Shown in pieces: positions 63,453 to 64,000 of a DNA stretch of 64,000 nt (positions are counted from its first letter, which is position 1; the number at the start of each line of letters is the position of its first letter). The stretch covers positions 107,820,001-107,884,000 of the forward strand of contig NC_058368.1 in assembly GCF_018350175.1 (NCBI RefSeq), written 5' to 3'. Origin of the DNA: Felis catus. Its lineage: Eukaryota. Under the pieces are notes generated by a model, which ran no database searches, was not told the origin of the DNA, and worked only from the letters and a program-made list of their open reading frames with translations. Position numbers and translations under genes: made by a program.

Positions 63453-64000
63453 CAAGAAGTTTTTTTTTTAATGTTTATTGTTTTAGTCAATTACTTTTTA
63501 AGTCAATTATGAGAAGAAAGGAAAAGAAATGTGCATTTATACATTTATACTGTCTTTTATAATTATGTAACTCCCTTTACCAGTGCTTTTGGTTTTTTCT
63601 TAGGTGTTTGAATGACTCTCTAGGGTTACTTGCTTTCAGTCTGAAAAACTTCCTTTAGTATTTCTCATAACACACGTCTGCTAACAACACACATGCTTTC
63701 GGTTTTTAGTGATATGAAATGTTTTTATTTTCTCTTACCTTTGAAATAAGATTTTTCTTGTTTGACAGGTTTTTTTTTTTCCTTTGAGCATTTTGGCTCT
63801 AGTAAGATTTTTCTGGATTTATGACTCTTGGTTGACAGGGTTTTTTGGGGGTTTTTTTTTGAGCACCTTTAAGCACTTCTTACCTCCATTGTTTCTGATG
63901 AGAAATCAATGATTAATTTCATTGAAGTTCCTTCGTAAGTGACAAGACATTTTTCTCTTACAACTTTTAAGATTTTCTTCTTATCTTTGACTTTCTGCAT

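Larger units (their letters stand above)
59530..64000 (-). mobile_element. Old L1M relic running to the window end, with nested insertions
   Basis: Collinear antisense ORF2 motifs (GGATTGCACTGAATCTGTA, CTTGTCTTGTTCCTGAT, GCTATAAATTTCCC). Confidence 0.8.

Overview
This is AT-rich felid (cat-family) genomic DNA, intergenic or deep intronic; the species cannot be fixed from the window. The lineage is shown by about 29 tRNA-Lys-derived CanSINEs of the feline SINEC_Fc type and by cat-type LINE-1. I recognise no host protein-coding gene, functional RNA gene or CRISPR array; the long ORFs in the track derive from L1 or SINE sequence or are chance ORFs. The main element is a full-length (~5.9 kb) but frameshifted L1 at 14131-20055. 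Around it lie three 5'-inverted (twin-primed) L1s of different ages, an L1 nested in an L1, long old L1M relics, MaLR/ERVL LTRs, MIR/L2 and hAT fossils. Best leads: (1) a 112-codon antisense ORF in strong Kozak context with an overlapping antisense YY1 core in the L1 5'UTR, positioned like primate ORF0; (2) two independent 17-18 nt 3' micro-transductions that tag source L1 loci; (3) a tail-to-tail SINE fusion marking a deletion between inverted SINEs; (4) a palindrome-rich 17-mer expansion containing inverted templated pieces. Repeat subfamily names come from recalled consensus sequences and were not verified by search; boundaries of old repeats are approximate.
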